DNA of 63,993 bases, filler included, from Albugo candida (taxonomy: Eukaryota), in the NCBI GenBank assembly GCA_040437565.1. It is 10 parts of 10 records of this genome, joined end to end, with 100 filler letters (N's around TTAATTAATTAA, not from the genome) between each part and the next. Parts side by side here need not be neighbours in the genome. Positions count along the whole stretch, not along the records: positions 55,011 to 61,205 come from JBDOQK010000140.1; positions 61,306 to 63,993 come from JBDOQK010000271.1; 8 more parts are not named here. The stretch is one strand, 5' to 3'. The position numbers were made by a program, and so were the translations under genes. Under the pieces are notes generated by a model. The model saw only the letters and a list, made by a program, of their open reading frames with translations, was not told the origin of the DNA and did not search any database. Positions 59,301 through 63,993 of the stretch are shown piece by piece (positions within the stretch are counted from its first letter, which is position 1; every line of letters begins with the position of its first letter).

Positions 59301-61063
59301 GGTCGATCACTTGCGTTTTGATTGTGAAGCAACTCACGTTGGATTTCCGGCCATGCTGGGTTACATGTAAACGTGATGAAATAATCAGGTTTTCCTAACG
59401 TACGAACAATGGAAATAGCATCCTGGTACAGCTGGTTCATATGTCTAGGACCACCAATGAATGTAGATGGCAAAATCATTTTTGTTCCCAAACTTGCAAT
59501 GGCATTACCACCTTCCAAAGTAACCCTCGTGTAATCTTCAGCTGTTCTAGCATCTTGCAACCCTTTATACATTTCACATCGTAATTGGCTTTGATTATGT
59601 ACAATAAACGACAAACGGTTTTTTTCCATTTTATCATACATAACAACTGCATACTGATGAAACAATTTACCATAAAGATGAAGTAAATGATTTGATAGGG
59701 GTCTATACATCAAACGATATCCATAGTACTGCATTACGGTAATGTTGCGTTTATTGGATGAAGATGGATTGTTATTGTTAGCTTCAGAATTCAAATTAGA
59801 TATATTATTATCAACAACAGGAACGATCGTAGCTTCTTCGTACTTTGGTAGATTCAAACACCATCCAACATCACCTTCTGGGAACAATAAAGAATAGCCT
59901 AAAGGATCGTGAAATTGATTCATTTCGTTGATAGTTTTAAGGTCATTATTATGTTGGTGAATAACAATGTCTCTATTATTAATGTCACTACTATTCGTAT
60001 CACTTCCTACAATAATTAAACCAACTTCATTGGTAGTGGGGCGGTTGTATCTTCTAATATCAGGGACACCATCTGCACGGAAAACCATTTTAATTTCAGG
60101 TAAAGCACTAATACCCTCGCTACCACTTTGTTGTGTTATAGTTTGAGACATGTGTTTAAAATATTGCACAAAAGGGTTAACTCCATGCATTAAATTTTGA
60201 AGTAATAATAGCGTTTCTTTATGAACATGAGATGCGATAGAATGGCGATTATCGAGTTCATTTTGAGCATCATACACATAAATTTGAGCAAACTTTGGTG
60301 TATCGCCTGCATTAGGATTAATACCACCAATTCTATGGTAGACACTACCTTGAATTCGAAAGGTATAACTTCCTGTACGTGAGTTGGCAAATCTTTGATC
60401 AAGGTTTACACCCATTGAACTAAAACTTAAGGCGCTGTTATAAGCTCTAATGTTTTCTCGAAACTCTTTAGCATCAGCTGTTTGCTCAGTTAATAATCTA
60501 GCAATTAAGGGTGGTGTAGGCTTTAGTGGTGCAAGAGAAACATTGCCTTTATTACAACATAATTGAAAAATAGGGTTCGTTTTTGAAGATCTAATGACTC
60601 TTTCACTTAAAAACATCTTTGCTTCGCAGTAAACACATGTCTCATTCATAGATCCTTGATCGTCTCTGACTAAAGGAACTTTATCTGCGTATTTAGCAAT
60701 ATTTAAAGTTGAAGAACTATTCGCAGCATCTGCAACTTCCTCATTCTGTTCAACTTCAATAACTGGTTCAGTTGTCTCGGCTTGTTCAACAGGTTCAGTT
60801 TCTACTACTGGTTCCTCAATAGGTGCTTCAACATTTTGAACATGATTTACACATTGTTGAGATCTCTGAGTGGCATGTCCTGATCCACCACAGGAACCAC
60901 ATTCAACTTCAGTTCTCAATGAACACATTCTACTTTTTTTATTTTTGTGTCCACTTTCGTTACAATCAGAACAGATCTTAACTCTCAATTGACACACTCT
61001 GCTTCTTTTGCTTGCATGTCCAGTTTGGTTACAATCGCTACAGACTCTTTTTTGTGCTGGCAT
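56285..61063 (-). CDS. Helitron RepHel transposase (Zn knuckles + HUH Rep + Pif1 helicase), intact, intronless
   Basis: Rep motifs FITFTCNPAW, IEFQKRGLPHAH and KYIYKYVYKG. Helicase motifs GPGGTGKT, WDECSM, GDFRQILPV, TINKSQGQT and YVALSR. Confidence 0.97.
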   Translation of the reverse strand: MPAQKRVCSDCNQTGHASKRSRVCQLRVKICSDCNESGHKNKKSRMCSLRTEVECGSCGGSGHATQRSQQCVNHVQNVEAPIEEPVVETEPVEQAETTEPVIEVEQNEEVADAANSSSTLNIAKYADKVPLVRDDQGSMNETCVYCEAKMFLSERVIRSSKTNPIFQLCCNKGNVSLAPLKPTPPLIARLLTEQTADAKEFRENIRAYNSALSFSSMGVNLDQRFANSRTGSYTFRIQGSVYHRIGGINPNAGDTPKFAQIYVYDAQNELDNRHSIASHVHKETLLLLQNLMHGVNPFVQYFKHMSQTITQQSGSEGISALPEIKMVFRADGVPDIRRYNRPTTNEVGLIIVGSDTNSSDINNRDIVIHQHNNDLKTINEMNQFHDPLGYSLLFPEGDVGWCLNLPKYEEATIVPVVDNNISNLNSEANNNNPSSSNKRNITVMQYYGYRLMYRPLSNHLLHLYGKLFHQYAVVMYDKMEKNRLSFIVHNQSQLRCEMYKGLQDARTAEDYTRVTLEGGNAIASLGTKMILPSTFIGGPRHMNQLYQDAISIVRTLGKPDYFITFTCNPAWPEIQRELLHNQNASDRPDICSRVFKLKLASLMDDLTKKHVLGRKIGYVYTIEFQKRGLPHAHILLIVHPDDKPNDCNDFDSVVSAEFPNPDIHPLAFETVKKHMLHGPCGIINPKAVCMEDGKCTKQYPKQFAEETTLTPNGGYPSYRRRNDGQSFSKQTTISTFRFDNRWVVPHNLYLCTKYDAHINVEICSSVEAIKYIYKYVYKGHDRASVTIEEENEVKAYIDARYVSAPEACWRLFSFNMHDEFPSHQRLAVHLEGEENVYYQETDNIDAVLERAEAQKTTLTAWFEINKTDAVAKTILYPNFPQKFVWKKEMKPRRWAPRKKGFGTIIGRVYNVSPRQAEKFYLRMLLYHVVGATSFQDMRTVNGVVYPTYQAAAKALGLLESDDQWELCIEEAVSVQSPFALRRLFCIIVAFCEPSDPFELWSKFLVSFSEDYVYQMKNNYSIDPLLVDIEERAKEHCLLDVYDLLLSEYHLDLTTITGFILPTNDTREVDEFFALPPLEVIQLRLIRAAQTRPIVEVNFNADQKITYDTILSSIELNDIPQEGRLFFVDGPGGTGKTFLFNNLLHKVRSGGKFAIAVASSGTASLLLDGGRTAHSTFKIPLTVTEDSMCAIKRSSDIAKLLLKTTLIVWDECSMISKDVFDAVDRTIRDVVCVERPELEHVPFGGIVVVFGGDFRQILPVIHKASRSQVVSQCINRSNSWRFVKSLQLRTNMRVMSAQSNENIQIANELQQFADYLLDVGGGKVEGFKIQENGLCLNSDYISISDQILIPGSNSSDLISHIYPFTSNTQTSLPDSSLISEAAILTPLNTDVEIINETILNGFPGDEMIYLSADKCYTEEDQLKFPTEFLNSYESGSLPPHILKLKVGAPIMILHNISPEDGLCNGTRLVVKSLLPHLIEATIIIGSKIGHIVCIPKIKLYSPEESPCEFKRTQFPVRLAFAMTINKSQGQTLASVGLYLPKPVFSHGQLYVALSRVRNNKSIKVLINNSEGTFQKKIPSNYTRNVVYSEAFTY

Positions 61064-61205
61064 ATCTTAAAACGAAATTAGTTGTTGTATATTTTAAATA
61101 AAAATACACAATAAAAAAATTAATAAAAAAACACAAGTAGAAAAGTAAATCAAAATAAGTAATCAGCTATGCTGGTAGGAAATCAAGATATATTCAGAAT
61201 GAATT

Positions 61206-61305
61206 NNNNNNNNNNNNNNNNNNNNNNNNNNNNNNNNNNNNNNNNNNNNTTAATTAATTAANNNNNNNNNNNNNNNNNNNNNNNNNNNNNNNNNNNNNNN
61301 NNNNN
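61206..61305. other. Artificial contig spacer
   Basis: N44-TTAATTAATTAA-N44. Confidence 0.99.
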
Positions 61306-63049
61306 AGCGCTTGGCAGTCAATACATACCGAGCCGAAGGGAAATAGCGCTGTTCCAGGATTGCAGAACATTCATCCTCGTTTTCAGCATACGCTACCTTT
61401 CCACATTCCCGTCCACACATCTTCTCGAGTTCGAAGTTGGGTGGAGAATCCGAAAGTATGTAATTGAGGTACGGCCCCGGGGAGTCTGCATTTGTCCGAT
61501 CTTCGAAAGCTCTTCCCATTGACAAGACCGTTGATCTCGTAACACTTGCCACACACGATAAGCAGCTTTTCTCGTATTTTCCTGCTAATGTGTTACGAAA
61601 GCAATGATGTTGCATCGCCAGACTCTGATCACGAAGCATCGCTTGCTGAATCTAGGCAGGTTTCTTGGAATCTTTGAGGTTTCCTCTCATATCGTGGTCC
61701 AGCTTCTGCGTTAGCTCGATGGAAAGGTGACGAGATATGTAAGAACTGATTTTGTTTCGACCCAGAAATTGCTTTTACAACTGAGCCACAGATTTTCTTG
61801 ATAATGCGATAGTCAGACCCCTACAAGCATGTCCTGAAAGATAAAATTGTGTGATTGTCTCCAAACTCTTGGATGTGAAGAGAAATAATAATTGCAAGGG
61901 ATAGAGACTAGCTGAATCATACAACACAAAATCGCCCATTTTTTCTGACTCGGTCATTTCTTTGAGATCTCTTACACACGAAAGCGTGTGTGAGTTAGCG
62001 CAATCAAGCATTGATACTCCGTATCAGGGTTTAGTTCAGATTTATCTTCTGTCCCCTTTTTGCTTCACCGTGTAATTCGATTGTTTCAATCTTCATGGTT
62101 TGGCATCCGAGAGCTCCAGAGCAAGAAGTCTCTGCATTCGAGTAGAATTAGCTTGGGCCCTGTATCTGATATGTTTCGATTACTATTTTTCCATAAGATG
62201 TTTTCTTTACGATCTCCTCCGTCAAGATCAAGCGCGTCGCACCTGCCTTTGTCTAATAGACACGTCTGACACTTTTTGCCAATCGAAGGTAGCGGAATGA
62301 AATTTACACTGTAACTTCCTGAAGCTCCACTTCACGAAGTCAGTACTCGTTATTGCAGCGACGACCAAACTGACCAGGCTGCTTGTCCTCCTCACCATGT
62401 ATATTTGATTGTGAATATATAGCAAACGCTTCCACCACAAAAGGGTTTGTTAGCCGCCGTCCTGTTGACGGAGATATCAGAACTTTTTTGATCAGGGGAA
62501 CCACTTTCGAATCTTTTTTTTTGCTTATTCGGCTAAGTACAACTCGATTTAGTATCTATTGACACTATCCAAGTCTCTGCTGGTATGTTCACGTCCAAAG
62601 GGTAGCGCCAAAGAAGTGTTCAAACTACTATCTGATTAAACTTTCGTCTACCACTAAGAGTATGTGCACGTTTGAACAAAGACAGATATACCCAATCTAG
62701 CATCGAAATGCTTGTCTGGTCGAAATGAATGAACATATACTTTAACGAATCCTTGAAAGCCAATATGGTTGAATTGAAGTTACGAGAATATGGCATGGTC
62801 CGATGCAAAGAGAGCAAACGCAATTTGATCAAGCTGATCTTTACACCTGATCCATTACGATTGATTTGGACAACTTCGAGCTCCTCTGAAACATCATTTG
62901 GCGCCCCCGGGAAGCAATCTTGAATTTTTTTCAAAAAAAAGCCCAATTTTGAAAGCGGTCGCTTCATCCAAATGACACGTCATTCATTTCGGCGTAGCAA
63001 GATCCTCAGAGGTTTGATCATCATCATGAAAGGTCATATCGAGAGACGA

Positions 63050-63700
63050 GCGACTTATTTCACTTTCATTCATCGCATAATAGACGGTCGACATTTTCAT
63101 TGATCTCCAGGGTGGCGTTGGTGACGGTATACGTACAAAACATGAGCCCAGGCGATCAAACATTTTCCTAAGCTTATTTCTCCAGAAGGCGACTCCTTTA
63201 TTTACGTCCGAATTAATCGGCTATAAGCTTTCTCAAAGTCGAACAATCTCGCATATGCTCCATTCCAGAAGATGAGTGACCAAGTGCTGCATGTCTGTGA
63301 GGTGTCTAATGTGGTGCTGTATCTTTCTCGCACAAATGCTTTTTGATCTTGATGGTACAATTTCGGCGAAATTCGCTGTAATCGATGCTCCAATACTTTT
63401 TGAAGTACTTTCACATCGACGCAAAGAAGTGCGATAGGTCGACAGTTGCCAGGATCACCTCGTGATCCTAATTTGCACAGCAATGTGCTTGCCGAGGGAC
63501 GCTGTGATCGAAGTAATATACCTCTTCGCAGCTGATCCAGATCAAGCTGACAAAATGGAGCTGGTAGTCCATCCATCCCCATAGAACTGCTTCGCATGTG
63601 CTTAATGGCTTCCGTCATCTCGGTCGTATTTAAGCGAGTTCAGGTACGGTCTTGCTTTTCTGACGCGAAGGAAATTTGAATCGAATTGATTCGGTATAGA
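63050..63700 (-). mobile_element. Degenerate non-LTR (L1/Tx1-like) reverse transcriptase fragment
   Basis: GMDGLPAPF, PGNCRPIALLCVDVKVL, HQDQKAFV and LFDFEKAY. Frameshifted; boundaries approximate. Confidence 0.88.
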
Positions 63701-63993
63701 GATAATACACGACACCACCCTCATGTTCCCCTAATGTTCCCTGAATTCGTCAATAATTTCTCCACTGTTTTATGCCACGGTACCACATTTTTTATTGGCA
63801 TTCTCTATTGGCACTCGACGACAAAACTATCCGAAGTGCGGAAACAATGCTTGGAGCTTTCCCGATGCTTAACGTGATGATCGAAGATCTCATCTTGGTT
63901 AAATCTGGTATTTTTTTGGGGTTATAAAAAATATACACGAAGATAAATGAAAACTAAAATAAAAATACCACAAGATTGAATAATAAAAAAAAT

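Noticed and set aside
61306-62970. Fragmented minus-strand ORFs
   Set aside because: Look like a decayed gene, but no family could be assigned.

Overview
This window is not a contiguous locus. It is ten short contigs or scaffolds (about 7.4 down to 6.2 kb, in decreasing length; the last is cut by the window edge) joined by an artificial 100-bp spacer, N44-TTAATTAATTAA-N44. Two compositional classes alternate. (1) Moderate-GC contigs (1-7355, 14853-21952, 22053-28899, 35838-42179, 42280-48550, 48651-54910, 61306-end) look like a compact oomycete genome; an Albugo-like source is my inference. They carry acetolactate synthase, a glutaredoxin, SAP18, SmD3, a class-3 lipase, two orphan secreted-protein candidates, a decayed Nup98-Nup96 copy, and dead Copia, MULE/foldback, MITE, DDE and LINE elements. 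(2) Very AT-rich contigs (7456-14752, 29000-35737, 55011-61205) have short fungal-style introns and look Mucoromycota-like (inference). They carry apparently intact mobile-element genes: a CACTA/EnSpm transposase with two companion genes, and a 1592-aa Helitron RepHel that converges on a second diverged helicase across a ~900-bp palindrome. They also carry a ~1000-aa protein of unknown family whose motif order (DLA...GGFKY...QCYxxxK...RVEFR) recalls Rep_trans/gpII rolling-circle initiators. The Helitron pair and this unknown protein are the best candidates for undescribed biology.
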